In this document: positions 10,143 to 20,664 of the stretch, piece by piece | Numbering within the stretch: the stretch's first letter is position 1 | Layout of the letters: every line of letters begins with the position of its first letter | DNA from: Gemmatales bacterium | GTDB lineage: Bacteria > Planctomycetota > Planctomycetia > Gemmatales > HRBIN36 | DNA length: 64,000 nt | Reading direction: 5' to 3' | Assembly (NCBI GenBank): GCA_041640595.1 | Contig: JBEPZY010000008.1 | Location: forward strand, 72,484 to 136,483 | The notes under the pieces: model-generated | What the model was told of the DNA's origin: nothing | Database searches by the model: none | Seen by the model: the letters and a program-made list of their open reading frames with translations, nothing else | Made by a program: the position numbers and the translations under genes

Positions 10143-10742
10143 GTGGAGATCACCGAAATTCGCATCAAGCTCATGGACGAGAAGAAGGGTGGTAACGAAC
10201 GCTTGCAGGCGTTCTGTTCCATCACCTTCGACAACATGTTCGTGGTGCGTGACCTCAAGATTATTGAGGGAGCAAAAGGCCAGTTTGTGGCTATGCCGAG
10301 TCGCAAATTGGCCGACCGTTGCCCGACGTGTCGGTGCAAAAATCACCTGCAGGCCCGCTTCTGCAACAATTGTGGCCGGCGGTTGGATGAAAATCGCGCA
10401 CCACGCGATGCCAGCGGTCGAGTTCGGCTCCACGCTGACGTAGCCCATCCCATCAACGCTGCCTCCCGCGAGTACATCGAAAAGGCCATCCTCAAGGCCT
10501 ACTACGAGGAACTCGAGCGGGCCAAGCAGCCGGGCTACGTTTGCCGCTACGACGATTACGAAACTGAGGATGATTACGTCAGCTACGAGCCGATGACCGA
10601 AACCTGCACCGGTGGCGAAAAAATCCGTCGTGATGCCGGGCACGCCGCAGTTGCACCGCCGACGGCCACTACGAACGAATCCTGCTCGCGCAGCGAACCG
10701 CCTCGACCCTTCGGAGCGGGCGTGGAATCTGCGGCTAGCTGA
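10143..10742 (+). CDS. spoVG: SpoVG family protein with zinc-ribbon insert
   Basis: GTG start after AAGGAGG; EITEIRIKL, AFCSITFDNMFVVRDLKIIEG, FVAMPSRK, DVAHPIN; CPTC...CNNC insert. Confidence 0.92.
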   Translation: MEITEIRIKLMDEKKGGNERLQAFCSITFDNMFVVRDLKIIEGAKGQFVAMPSRKLADRCPTCRCKNHLQARFCNNCGRRLDENRAPRDASGRVRLHADVAHPINAASREYIEKAILKAYYEELERAKQPGYVCRYDDYETEDDYVSYEPMTETCTGGEKIRRDAGHAAVAPPTATTNESCSRSEPPRPFGAGVESAAS

Positions 10743-11655
10743 ACGCTTCGAGCTTGGGCAGAGCGCACTCTTGCCCGGCCTGGATCAGGGCACGAAGATG
10801 CGCCCGGAGCCAGGCCCAATCGGTGCTGGTGTCCACATCATACCACGGCGGCAACAACGCCCAGCGTAACCGCGTGGTTTCCAGGCGCTGCACTGTCTGC
10901 TCGAACACCTGCGCACTGTCCCATGCTATGTCCGTAAAAATAGGCAGGCGTTGCTCTCCCAATAGCGCTGGCAACCGCTGTCGCATGTCCGGTTCCAAGG
11001 TCCGGTTCTCCGGCAGATGCGGTTGCACTGAGGGAAACAGTGTTAGCAGCCAGCGCAGCGACCATCGGCAACCGAGCAGATAGTATCCGCCATCCCAGGC
11101 CGGGCCGAGCACTACTTCCACTTGCCGCAGCCACTCTATAGCCGTTCCAATGTAGCCCAGTGGCAACGTAGGACTGTCTGTGCCGAGAAAAATTACCGCG
11201 TCCTGTCCAGCCGCCCATTCGCTCAAGAGCAGCGTCTGCAAACGTTCACCGAGGTCGCCCTTACTTTGGGGAAGCAGAACAAAATCCTGCCCCGCCAGTT
11301 CGGCAAACTGTGTAGCTGCCTGTTGCGGTGCATAGGCGAGCACTCGCCGCAACCGGACTGACTCCCGGCCACACCAGCTGAAACTGGCTGCTGGCAATTC
11401 CTGCAAGTCCCCCAGCCGCAAAGGCTGGCCAGAATCGCCTGGCGGTGCGAATCCCTGGCCTTTCGGTTGAGGCGGACCTGTGCAAAGTCCAAATGCCGCC
11501 GGGTTGGCCTTGCCCAGACGGAAAACCGTATCGGCAAGCATCGCCTGAGCGATCGCCAGTGCCTGTGTTTCACCAAGTTCCTGGGCAAGACGGGTTTTGC
11601 TCTGGCCAGCTTCGGGCCATTTCGCCATCACCACGAGGCTGATTCGCAGATTCAT
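10735..11655 (-). CDS. DUF2064 / TIGR04282-type glycosyltransferase-like protein
   Basis: VMAKWPEAGQSKTRL, QSKGDLGERL, GTDSPTLP, VLGPAWDGGYYLLG, WYDVD; start at ATG 11655. Confidence 0.85.
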   Translation of the reverse strand: MNLRISLVVMAKWPEAGQSKTRLAQELGETQALAIAQAMLADTVFRLGKANPAAFGLCTGPPQPKGQGFAPPGDSGQPLRLGDLQELPAASFSWCGRESVRLRRVLAYAPQQAATQFAELAGQDFVLLPQSKGDLGERLQTLLLSEWAAGQDAVIFLGTDSPTLPLGYIGTAIEWLRQVEVVLGPAWDGGYYLLGCRWSLRWLLTLFPSVQPHLPENRTLEPDMRQRLPALLGEQRLPIFTDIAWDSAQVFEQTVQRLETTRLRWALLPPWYDVDTSTDWAWLRAHLRALIQAGQECALPKLEAFS

Positions 11656-11734
11656 GGTTACCGCAAACCGATGGGGGGTTGCAAATGGTATCCGTGGCTC
11701 GAATCGGTCTGGCGAGCCGCACCGCACGGGCATT

Positions 11735-12373
11735 TCACGAAGGCTTGATTTGAATGGTATGCACAATCGCCGGGGGCAGGTTGCACCATACCAGTTGCCG
11801 CGTCTCCTGATGGCGCTGGAAAAATTTTTCGGTCCACCTGCCGATGCAATACAGTCGGCGTTTCTCGCGTTTGCCGACAAACGGCATCTTCAACTGGCGA
11901 ATCCACAGGTACTCGAAATAAACCAGCCAGCCCCCTGGCCGTAGCAATCGCTCCATGTGGTCGAGAATCTCCCGGACTGTGGCTGCCGAGAAGTTGTTTA
12001 GAGGCAAACCGGAAATGATGCAATCGGCAGGCTGTTCCGGTTGAAACTCCTGAATGGGAACGGGATGCAGATAAACCTGCTCCAGGTACTGGCGAAAGAG
12101 CGATTCACGGGCAAACCGCACCTGCAGGAATTCCACGAAACGGGGATTGATTTCCACGAGGTCGAGGCGATCGCCGGCTTGCAGCGCGGGAAGTATCCAG
12201 GCGGTGATCGCTCCCGTTCCCGGTCCCACCTCCACGATTCGCCAGGGAGGCCGGGGCTGGCGCAATATCGCCGTCATCGCCCGAGCCAGGAATCGGCTGC
12301 TCGGTGCGATGGCTCCAGTATGCTGAAAATCCCGCCACCATTCAGCCCAAAAGTGTATCCAGCTCCGCCACAT
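11735..12373 (-). CDS. class I SAM methyltransferase, PmtA/OlsG-like lipid N-methyltransferase
   Basis: TGAIAPSSRFLARAM, VEVGPGTGAIT, VEINPRF, IISGLPLNNF, VWCNLPPA. Confidence 0.8.
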   Translation of the reverse strand: MWRSWIHFWAEWWRDFQHTGAIAPSSRFLARAMTAILRQPRPPWRIVEVGPGTGAITAWILPALQAGDRLDLVEINPRFVEFLQVRFARESLFRQYLEQVYLHPVPIQEFQPEQPADCIISGLPLNNFSAATVREILDHMERLLRPGGWLVYFEYLWIRQLKMPFVGKREKRRLYCIGRWTEKFFQRHQETRQLVWCNLPPAIVHTIQIKPS

Positions 12374-12712
12374 GATCCGCTTGCCGTCTCGTCTCCGTCG
12401 CCAGCTGAGCCGTGGGTTCGCCGATAGCGTTCGGCTGATTCGGCCGGGCATCGTCCGGTTCACGTCGTCCTATGTTGCGGCGCTCTCCGACACCTGCCGG
12501 GCGCTCAGCCCCTGTCCACAAATTAGCGAATACTTCTGCACACGGCGCTGGGGGACCGGTACTTTCCCGATACGCTCGCGATTCGTTGCATGAGCGGTTC
12601 GACAAACTAACCCCAGGGACGAAAAGGAGCAAGCAGGCACTGCCGCTAGCCAACGGCAAGTTTTTCCGTTTCAGGAGCCGGTGCCGTTGTCGCCTGTGGA
12701 CAATTCTCGTGA

Positions 12713-12752
12713 TTTAGGTAAAACTAAACACAATGATTAGACTAAACTAATC
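12713..12752. promoter_or_regulatory. two tandem DtxR/MntR(SirR)-type operator palindromes
   Basis: TTTAG-gtaaaa-CTAAA (12713-12728) and GATTAG-actaaa-CTAATC (12735-12752), both TTAG-N6-CTAA, in an AT-rich patch upstream of the metal ABC operon. Confidence 0.7.
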
Positions 12753-12929
12753 TACGGAGCTTCCACGACGGAATGTGAAATTGCGGCGGATGGGCTTGCC
12801 CTGGCGGCAATTGTGGCGAATCAACTTCCCGCCACACGCCCAAGCGAAGCCAGGATTGGCTCTGCAACGCTTTTTGCGGTGGATACAAATAGCGGCCAGC
12901 GCTTGCCTACGCCCTGACGGAAACGCCAC

Positions 12930-14021
12930 ATGCCAACGCATGGCCATAACGACACGCCAGCAGATGCTTGCACTGAGCGCATTGAAGATGAAAAATCACC
13001 AGCCGGAGTCTCGGTGAGGCTGAGCAGACTGAAGGTCACCTGGGTTTGGCTCATCCTGGGGTTGCTGCTGAGTGTGGCCGTCAGCGGTTGCGGGTCGGGT
13101 TCTGAAGCTCCAGCTTCCATGCCGCTGGTGGAAGACGGCCAGGTGCGCGTTCCCTGGACGTTTCGCGGCAGTTATCCGATTCGTGTGGTGTGCACGACGG
13201 GAATGGTGGGGGACCTGGTTCGCCACACCGGCGGGGAATGGGTGCAGGTGCACGTGTTGATGGGGCCGGGCGTGGACCCGCACCTGTACAAAGCCCGTCC
13301 CAATGACGTGGCACTTCTTCAGCGGGCCGATCTTGTCTTTTATTCCGGTCTGCATTTGGAAGGGAAAATGGCGGAGGTTCTGGAAAATTTGCCGAAGCAA
13401 GGGCGCCTGGCGTTTGCGGTGACCGCAGCCCTGTCGCATCACGATTTGCTTGCCGAAGGCGAGCAATTCGATCCGCACGTATGGTTTGATGTACGATTGT
13501 GGCACAAATGTTTGCTTTTGGTGCGCGATGTGTTTATGCAATATGATCCTCAGCATGCCGAAGATTATCGCCGCAATGCTGAGGCTTACGGCAAGCGGTT
13601 GCTGGATTTAGACCAGTGGGCCCGGGAACAGATCCAGCAAATTCCGCCGAAACAACGCCTGTTAGTGACTGCCCACGATGCCTTTCGCTATTTTGGCCGG
13701 GCTTATGGCATTGAGGTACACGGGATTCAGGGGATCAGTACCGAAAGCGAAGCCAGCACCGTAGAAATAGATGCCCTGGTGGAGCTGCTGGTAACCCGCA
13801 ACGTCAAAGCGATTTTTGTCGAAAGCAGTGTCAATCCGCGAAACGTCCAGGCCGTGGTGGAAGGTTGCCGACGCCGCGGACATAAGCTTCGCATTGGCGG
13901 CGAATTATATTCCGATGCGATGGGCGAATACCGGCCTGGCGTCACTGATGAAGACAACCCGGGCACCTATCTGGGCATGATGCGCCACAATGTCCGCACG
14001 ATTGTCGAGGCGTTACGGTGA
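12930..14021 (+). CDS. Mn/Fe/Zn ABC transporter substrate-binding lipoprotein (TroA/MntA-like)
   Basis: Lipobox [39 protein letters not shown]; start uncertain. Confidence 0.92.
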   Translation: MPTHGHNDTPADACTERIEDEKSPAGVSVRLSRLKVTWVWLILGLLLSVAVSGCGSGSEAPASMPLVEDGQVRVPWTFRGSYPIRVVCTTGMVGDLVRHTGGEWVQVHVLMGPGVDPHLYKARPNDVALLQRADLVFYSGLHLEGKMAEVLENLPKQGRLAFAVTAALSHHDLLAEGEQFDPHVWFDVRLWHKCLLLVRDVFMQYDPQHAEDYRRNAEAYGKRLLDLDQWAREQIQQIPPKQRLLVTAHDAFRYFGRAYGIEVHGIQGISTESEASTVEIDALVELLVTRNVKAIFVESSVNPRNVQAVVEGCRRRGHKLRIGGELYSDAMGEYRPGVTDEDNPGTYLGMMRHNVRTIVEALR

Positions 14022-14088
14022 TCCGGCCCGTTGGCAGCGCGGGACCACGCCAGCCGCCAGGAACGAGGTACTAATCGGAGCCGCTGTC

Positions 14089-14868
14089 ATGCAAGCAAAA
14101 GCGAATGGCGAAACCGTGCTGGATGTCCATGACGTTACCGTGGCATACGATCGCCAGCCGGTGCTCTGGGATGTGGACTGGACTTTACGGGAACCGGCAC
14201 TGGTAGCGATTGTCGGGCCGAACGGGGCTGGCAAGAGCACCTTGCTCAAGGCCATCCTCGGACTGGTGCCGCTACTGAGCGGCGAGGTGCGGCTGTTCGG
14301 CCAACCTGTGTCCCGGGTGCGACCCCGTGTCGCTTACGTTCCGCAACGTGAAAGCCTGGATTGGGACTACCCGGCTACTGTGTTCGACGTCGTGTTGATG
14401 GGAACATACGGGCGGCTCGGCTGGTTTCGCCGACCTGGTAAAGCTGAGCGCGACCTGGCGCGGCGCTGTCTGGAACAACTTGGGCTGAGTGGCCTGGAAA
14501 ATCGCCAGATCGGAGAACTTTCCGGCGGACAGCAACAACGCTTGTTCCTGGCTCGGGCACTGGCTCAGCAAGCGGAGATCTACCTGATGGACGAACCGCT
14601 GGCCGGCGTGGATGCGGCGACGGAGCGGGTCTTCTGGACGTTGCTGCAGGAACTTCGCCAGCAGAACCGCACCGTTATTGTCGTCCATCATGACCTGCGC
14701 AGCGTTCCCGAACGTTTCGAGCAGGTGGTGCTCCTGAACACGCGAATCATTGCCAGTGGCCCGACGCAGGAAGTCTTTACGCCCGAAAACCTGCAACGTA
14801 CTTATGGCGGTCGGCTGATGATTCTGGAGGAAGCCGGCCAACTTCTGCCCAGGACACGCCGACCATGA
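14089..14868 (+). CDS. metal ABC transporter ATP-binding protein (TroB/MntB-like)
   Basis: [29 protein letters not shown]. Confidence 0.95.
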   Translation: MQAKANGETVLDVHDVTVAYDRQPVLWDVDWTLREPALVAIVGPNGAGKSTLLKAILGLVPLLSGEVRLFGQPVSRVRPRVAYVPQRESLDWDYPATVFDVVLMGTYGRLGWFRRPGKAERDLARRCLEQLGLSGLENRQIGELSGGQQQRLFLARALAQQAEIYLMDEPLAGVDAATERVFWTLLQELRQQNRTVIVVHHDLRSVPERFEQVVLLNTRIIASGPTQEVFTPENLQRTYGGRLMILEEAGQLLPRTRRP

Positions 14869-15698
14869 GCCACACCCTGCTGGTCATTTTGGGAACTGCT
14901 CTGCTGGGTCTGGCTGCCGGCATTGTTGGTGTTCTGGCCATGCTTCGCCGACAGGCTTTGCTTGGCGACGTGCTTGCCCATGCCACATTGCCCGGACTGG
15001 CCCTGGCTTTTCTGGTAGTTGCGAGCAAGCAAATCGAGGCTCTGCTGCTGGGTGCTATCGTGTCCTGTGTAGCTGCCGCGCTGACCGTCTGGATACTCGA
15101 CCGCTGGACGCGACTTAAAGCCGATGCCCGGCTCGGACTCGTACTGGGGGTATTTTTCGGAACGGGCATGGCTGTTTTGGGAAGTGTGCAGGACGTACCG
15201 GGTGGCGGGCAGGCTGGCCTGGAGGCCTACCTTTTCGGCAAACCTGCCGGAATGCTCCAGCGCGATCTCGTTTGGCTGAGCGTGCTGGCCAGCGTTTGTC
15301 TGATGCTTGTCGTTCTGTGTTACAAGGAGTTCCAGCTACTGACTTTCGACGCCGCTTTTGCCCGTGCCCAGGGCTGGCCAGTGCAATTCCTGGATGTGTT
15401 GCTGCTGGGCTTAGTCGTGCTCGTCGTCGTCATCGGACTGCCCGTAGTCGGAGTGGTCATGGTCTCGGCCATGCTGATCCTGCCGGCAGCCACGGCGCGA
15501 TTCTGGACGAATCGTTTGCATGTGCTCTTACTGCTGGCGGGAACGCTGGGTGCCAGCATGGGTGTTGTCGGCACGCTGATTAGCACCCACATTCCGGAAT
15601 TACCGGCCGGCCCGACCATCATTCTGAGCGGCACGGTCTTTTTTGCACTATCGCTGCTGTTTGGAGCCAAACGTGGTCTTTTGATTCGCCGACGGTGA
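14865..15698 (+). CDS. metal ABC transporter permease (TroC/MntC-like)
   Basis: [44 protein letters not shown] overlap with the ATPase gene. Confidence 0.92.
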   Translation: MSHTLLVILGTALLGLAAGIVGVLAMLRRQALLGDVLAHATLPGLALAFLVVASKQIEALLLGAIVSCVAAALTVWILDRWTRLKADARLGLVLGVFFGTGMAVLGSVQDVPGGGQAGLEAYLFGKPAGMLQRDLVWLSVLASVCLMLVVLCYKEFQLLTFDAAFARAQGWPVQFLDVLLLGLVVLVVVIGLPVVGVVMVSAMLILPAATARFWTNRLHVLLLLAGTLGASMGVVGTLISTHIPELPAGPTIILSGTVFFALSLLFGAKRGLLIRRR

Positions 15699-16015
15699 AC
15701 GCTCCATCACTGCCGGCTTCCGTTGACAAACGGCCCAATCTGGCAAGACATGGAACGGATAACAGGAAACTTTTTTGGGATGAGCTGGCACTCGTAGGTC
15801 GCCCAATCCGTGCCGGGTTACCGAATCTATGGCCGCTGAACCATCTGGTAATGCCGCGTTTACTAAAAGATGCCCAGCGCGGCGGGTTACCGATGCGTAG
15901 CGGCTGGACGCTGGCTGTGTTCCGTTTGCCCCAGGCCATTCGTCAGCGGGTCAACGGTATTTTCCGCAACCCCAACATGCCCCGTAGGACCGTCGTGATC
16001 TGCCACCTTCATCCG

Positions 16016-16546
16016 TCAACGGGGCAAAGGCACCTCCCGCAACTCCATTGGGCCGCCGCAACATTCGCATACGCCTTTTTCGGGATAGTCCCGGCGAATG
16101 GCACAGGTTTCGCACCAGTAGTACACTTCGTGAGGTACGCCGTTTTTCAGAGTGTAAAAGCGGTCAATCACCAGGACACTGCCTCCGCCCGTCAGTCGTC
16201 CCCGTACCTGCAACGGTCGGTTGAGTAAGCGTCCATCCTGAAACAACGCACGACTCCCCAGCGTCTTGACGATCGGTAGCAGCTTGCCGTCCTGAGTGCG
16301 TAACGCCAGAACGAAAGGCACCGCATCGGCGTCCACCTGCACATCGTCGGCTTTCAAAAGCTCGGCCAGCTTCACGACCTGACCTTCCAGAGTCAATGTC
16401 GCAGTGCTCGGTTTCGCATCTGACCAAACCGCAACTTCCAGGCCCAATATCGCCGCCAACAGCAAAGGCAGCACGAACCACGGGGCGCGGCTGGAGGTGC
16501 TGGCAGGCTGGTTCCGACTATTTGCATGGCTGAGCGCGAACCCCAT
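16016..16546 (-). CDS. exported hypothetical protein with C-terminal Cys-rich (metal-binding) motif
   Basis: N-terminal hydrophobic segment; YYWCETCAIR...GVCECCGGPMELRE. Confidence 0.7.
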   Translation of the reverse strand: MGFALSHANSRNQPASTSSRAPWFVLPLLLAAILGLEVAVWSDAKPSTATLTLEGQVVKLAELLKADDVQVDADAVPFVLALRTQDGKLLPIVKTLGSRALFQDGRLLNRPLQVRGRLTGGGSVLVIDRFYTLKNGVPHEVYYWCETCAIRRDYPEKGVCECCGGPMELREVPLPR

Positions 16547-16598
16547 GCTATCCCCCTTTCGATGTCGCTTGCTGCTGGCGCAAGAGCGTAGCTTTCGC

Positions 16599-18023
16599 TT
16601 ACACATCTCGCCAGATGTCGGCCGAGCTTTCTTCTTCGTCGGCGTGTTTACGCTGGTCCGCCTGGACTGCGACGGAAGTTTCGGCTGGCGGTTCGCTGGC
16701 TTTGCGCTTGCGCTGATCCTCCTTATCGCGGAGAATCAGGCGGATCGGCACTTCTTTATACGGCAATTGCTCACGGAACACTTTGAGTAAGTAGCGCAGG
16801 TAGGGCGGATCGAATAGCTCCACGCCGTTGGTCATGAGCACAATGGTGGGAGGGTGAACGGCTACCTGGGTGCCGTAATAAATGCGCGGTGTGCGATTCT
16901 GGCGAACAGGTGGCGATTGTCTATGGACAGCCCATTGCAGGACCCGATTGAGTTCGCTGGTGGGCACACGCTGACCCGCCTGCTGGTGCAGCAGTTCGGC
17001 AAGTTCCAGGAGCCCTGCCACATTTTTGCCGGTCCTGGCGCTGATGAAGGCAATGGGCACATAATCGAGGGCGGGAAAAGTGGCCTGCAGATATTCCGCC
17101 CACCGATCGGTCGGGATGCGCTGCTGAGCCAGGTCCCACTTGTTGACGACGAAGATGGTCGGCTTTTCATGCTCGACGATCAGGTGAGCCAGCTGCTTGT
17201 CCACGCGACTCACCGTCTGGGTGGCGTCGAACAGGTGCAAAACCACATCGGCACGCTTGATAGCACGTTCGGCACGCTTCAGGCTGTAAAACTCGATACT
17301 GTTCTGAATGCTGCGGCGCTTTCGCAAGCCGGCTGTGTCAATGGCCAGGAAGACTTTTCCATCGAGCTCGAAACGCACATCCACACTGTCGCGGGTGGTA
17401 CCGGCGAGTTCACTGACGATGACCCGCTCCTGCTGGGCCAGCCGATTGATGAGGGTGCTTTTGCCCACATTGCGGCGACCGACAATGGCCAGTTTGAGTC
17501 CTACCTCCGGCGGTGCTTCTGCGCTGGCTGGTAAGTGGGCCAGCAGGGATTGCAACAATTTCTCGCCGCCACGCTTCTGGTGGGCACTGACGCACAACGG
17601 TTCGCCAAAACCTAACCGGCAAAATTCGCCCGCCTGGTATTCGAGAGCCCTGGTATCGCACTTGTTGGCCACCAGCACGACAGGTTTGCCAAGTTGCCGC
17701 AACCGTTCGGCGACGTGCTGATCCAGCGGTACCAGGCCATCACGCACGTCCACGACAAATAGAATCAGGTCGGCTTCCCGCAGGGCATATTCGATCTGCC
17801 GCTCAATGTGCTCGCGAAGCTGCTCCCGTTCGTCCAGGCCCAATCCTGCGGTGTCGCAAATCTCGAAATGCCGACCATCCACTTCTACGGTGGCGGTGAG
17901 CCGATCGCGCGTAGTTCCCGCGGTGGGGTCCACGATGGCAATTTGCCGACCCGCCAGCCAGTTGAATAACGAAGATTTGCCGACGTTTGGTCGGCCGACG
18001 ATGGCTACTTTTGGTAACGGCAT
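16599..18023 (-). CDS. der: ribosome biogenesis GTPase Der (EngA)
   Basis: Two G-domains (GRPNVGKS, GRRNVGKS; DTAG; NKCD/NKWD) plus KH-like C-terminus. Confidence 0.97.
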   Translation of the reverse strand: MPLPKVAIVGRPNVGKSSLFNWLAGRQIAIVDPTAGTTRDRLTATVEVDGRHFEICDTAGLGLDEREQLREHIERQIEYALREADLILFVVDVRDGLVPLDQHVAERLRQLGKPVVLVANKCDTRALEYQAGEFCRLGFGEPLCVSAHQKRGGEKLLQSLLAHLPASAEAPPEVGLKLAIVGRRNVGKSTLINRLAQQERVIVSELAGTTRDSVDVRFELDGKVFLAIDTAGLRKRRSIQNSIEFYSLKRAERAIKRADVVLHLFDATQTVSRVDKQLAHLIVEHEKPTIFVVNKWDLAQQRIPTDRWAEYLQATFPALDYVPIAFISARTGKNVAGLLELAELLHQQAGQRVPTSELNRVLQWAVHRQSPPVRQNRTPRIYYGTQVAVHPPTIVLMTNGVELFDPPYLRYLLKVFREQLPYKEVPIRLILRDKEDQRKRKASEPPAETSVAVQADQRKHADEEESSADIWRDV

Positions 18024-18235
18024 GGATGGTTCTCGCTTGATGGTTTCGGAAGGTTTGGTCGCAAGCCCGGCATCGTGCGGGCCTGGATATTTTGTTTAGC
18101 CAGGCTCAGGGCTGTCGGTTCTTTTTATGCACAGCTTACCGCTCACCGGTTGCCAACGCCGGGAAAAGCTGTCATCTGGCCTGGCAGCGTGACCGGCCGT
18201 GATCGCTGAAAAACACCGAGGCCCGACCATGCCGG

Positions 18236-18736
18236 CTAAATCAGGTCAAGCCGGCGCTTGTTACTGCGGGAACGCACACAATCTGCACACAGGCCACGCA
18301 CGACCAGATTGTGCCGGCTGGGCTGAAACCCGTGTTGTCGGCAGACCGACTCATAGACCGATTCCAGCTGGGGCGCTTCGAATTCTATCACCTTGCCGCA
18401 GTCGTCGCAAACCAGGTGCTCATGCTGCGGATATCCGTAGTCATGCTCATAAGCCACGCGATTGCCCAGCTGCACGCGCCGCAACAAGCCCGCGTTGACC
18501 AGCTTATTGAGCGTGCGATAAACAGTGGCCCGGCTAATATCGAGGTTAGCCCGATCCAGTTCCGAGCAAAGCTGCTCGGCGTCAAAGTGATTGTGCCGCG
18601 AAAAAATAAAGAGGATCATCTGTCGCTGCGCTTCGGTGAAACGAAGCGGTTTCGGTCGGCTCGCCAGATATTCCCGGAACCGAGCCACCGCGCTTTCCGG
18701 TGTTTGTAAAGGACGTTGCAACAGAGCTTCGGTCAT
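18236..18736 (-). CDS. fur: Fur family transcriptional repressor
   Basis: HFDAEQL, ISRATVYRTLNKL, HEHLVCDDCGKVIEF, GLCADC. Confidence 0.92.
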   Translation of the reverse strand: MTEALLQRPLQTPESAVARFREYLASRPKPLRFTEAQRQMILFIFSRHNHFDAEQLCSELDRANLDISRATVYRTLNKLVNAGLLRRVQLGNRVAYEHDYGYPQHEHLVCDDCGKVIEFEAPQLESVYESVCRQHGFQPSRHNLVVRGLCADCVRSRSNKRRLDLI

Positions 18737-18813
18737 GGTTTCACCCGCGCCAGGTGTAGCAGCCAATCGGCCAGCGTAAGTGCGTTCGAACCATTATACG
18801 GTGCGCCCGCGGT

Positions 18814-19497
18814 TCAGAGAGACAGGGAACCGCCCACGGGCAATACCGTAGCTTCCACACCGGTTTCTTTGCGGACTCGCTCAGCCCAGGCGTGGGCGTC
18901 CTGGCGAATGATGTCCCAGGTGTTGTAGTGAATGGGCACTACCCGCCGCGGACGTAACAATTTCACCGCTCGAATCGCATCTTCCGGGCCCATAGTGAAA
19001 TTGTCGCCGATGGGCAAAAGCGCCAGGTCAATTCCCTCCTCGCCGATCAGAGCCAGGTCGCCAAACAATCCGGTATCTCCCGCATGATAGACCTTGCCCG
19101 CTTCCAGATAAAGCAGAAGCCCGGCTGGATTGCCCCCATAGCTGCCGTCCGGAAGACCCGAACCGTGAAAAGCTGGTGTCAGCTTCAGTCGGCCGAAGGG
19201 GAACGCACGACTTCCGCCGATGTGCATCGGGTGAACCTGGTTCCATCCCTGGTTTTGCAGCCAGGTGATAATTTCGTAATTGCTGATGACGGTAGCACCG
19301 GTCCGTCGGGCAATGCTCAGCGTATCGCCAACATGGTCGGCGTGCCCGTGGGTCAGGAGGATAAAATCGGCAGCCACTGCGTCAGGGGATACCGGCGGAT
19401 GTGGTTGTCCCGACAGGAACGGGTCAATGAGAATGCTGTGCCGATCTGTGCGAATTTGTACGCAGGCATGTCCCAGCCAGGTGACCTGTGTGGCCAT
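18814..19497 (-). CDS. metal-dependent hydrolase (metallo-beta-lactamase, UPF0173)
   Basis: WLGHA, IDPF, LTHGHADH, YHAGDT, LPIGDNFTMGP, PIHYNT. Confidence 0.92.
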   Translation of the reverse strand: MATQVTWLGHACVQIRTDRHSILIDPFLSGQPHPPVSPDAVAADFILLTHGHADHVGDTLSIARRTGATVISNYEIITWLQNQGWNQVHPMHIGGSRAFPFGRLKLTPAFHGSGLPDGSYGGNPAGLLLYLEAGKVYHAGDTGLFGDLALIGEEGIDLALLPIGDNFTMGPEDAIRAVKLLRPRRVVPIHYNTWDIIRQDAHAWAERVRKETGVEATVLPVGGSLSL

Positions 19498-19953
19498 GGT
19501 TTTCCTCCCGTTGTTGGCTCAGTGGTAAAAGAGCAGCGTGGTCAGCTTTCACGATCGCGGTCGGTTCGGGACCAGGGTTCCGCGTTCCCAGATAGTTTAG
19601 CGATTGCGTCCAGGCAAACCGGCTATGTCTCCGTGTTCGGATGGCGGCAGTGCTCCGGGGAGGGAAAAATTTGCCCTGACTTGGCCCGGAAAAACTCGCC
19701 GCGAGCTTTGCAGGTGCGGAATGCGGCAGGAATCCGTAAAAAGGTCAAAGGTCTCGTAAACACCCTCGCTGCCGGTCCGGGCAATGGAAAAATCAAGGGC
19801 CGCGGGGAACGTGAAATCCACTTGGCGCGGAAGCGTTAGCCGTTTATGCGGGCGGTCGGGCCAGGAATGGACCTGGCGGGCAGGCGAGTAGGTCTCCGCA
19901 AGCATGGCGGCGTATCTGGCAAGCGACAACCGGAACAATGCAAAGGGAACACT

Positions 19954-20664
19954 ATGGTCGAATGGCTGAACGAATTTTTGCGGCTGTTCACTGACCTGGA
20001 AGGGACCCTCCGGGAGTGGATTGCCGCCTACGGAGTGTGGATTTACGCGATTGTGTTCGCCATAGTTTTTGTGGAAACCGGACTGGTTGTCATGCCGTTT
20101 TTGCCTGGGGACAGCCTGCTGTTTCTGTGCGGGGTGCTGGCATCGCTGGGGGAGATGAACATTGTGGCGGTAATAGCGGTGCTGATCGCAGCCGCGGTGC
20201 TGGGAGACGCCACCAATTACGCGATTGGTTACCGCCTCGGTCCGAAAGTGTTTTGCAGCGATACTTCCTGGCTGTTTCACAAAAAGCACCTGCTGCTGAC
20301 GCAACGCTTTTACGAACGGCACGGGGGCAAAACTATCTTTCTAGCGCGGTTTATTCCCATCGTGCGAACGTTTGCTCCGTTTGTCGCCGGGATCGGCCGG
20401 ATGTCGTATCCGCGTTTTGCCCTCTACAATGTCCTTGGTGCCATCGCCTGGGTGATAACTTTTGTGTTGCCCGGCTACTGGTTAGCAGAGCAGCCGTTCG
20501 TGCGTGAAAATCTTTACCTGGTGCTGGCGGTGATCGTGGTGCTCTCCGTGATGCCGCTTTTGATCGAAGGCTGGCAAGCGCGTCGTGGCAACGCTCAGGT
20601 GAAACACGAAACTCCGAAATGGTGCAACTCGGACAATTCCGCATCGCCAGCAGGCACAAACTGA
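19954..20664 (+). CDS. DedA family membrane protein
   Basis: FVETGLVVMPFLPGDSLLF, GGKTIFLARFIPIVRTFAPFVAG. Confidence 0.95.
   Translation: MVEWLNEFLRLFTDLEGTLREWIAAYGVWIYAIVFAIVFVETGLVVMPFLPGDSLLFLCGVLASLGEMNIVAVIAVLIAAAVLGDATNYAIGYRLGPKVFCSDTSWLFHKKHLLLTQRFYERHGGKTIFLARFIPIVRTFAPFVAGIGRMSYPRFALYNVLGAIAWVITFVLPGYWLAEQPFVRENLYLVLAVIVVLSVMPLLIEGWQARRGNAQVKHETPKWCNSDNSASPAGTN

Noticed and set aside
15695..16228. 177-aa ORF following the permease as a fourth transporter gene or regulator
   Set aside because: No TM or DtxR features, and it overlaps the better-supported minus-strand gene; the weak GCCCA...GGGTTACCGA echoes here are too degenerate to call a repeat
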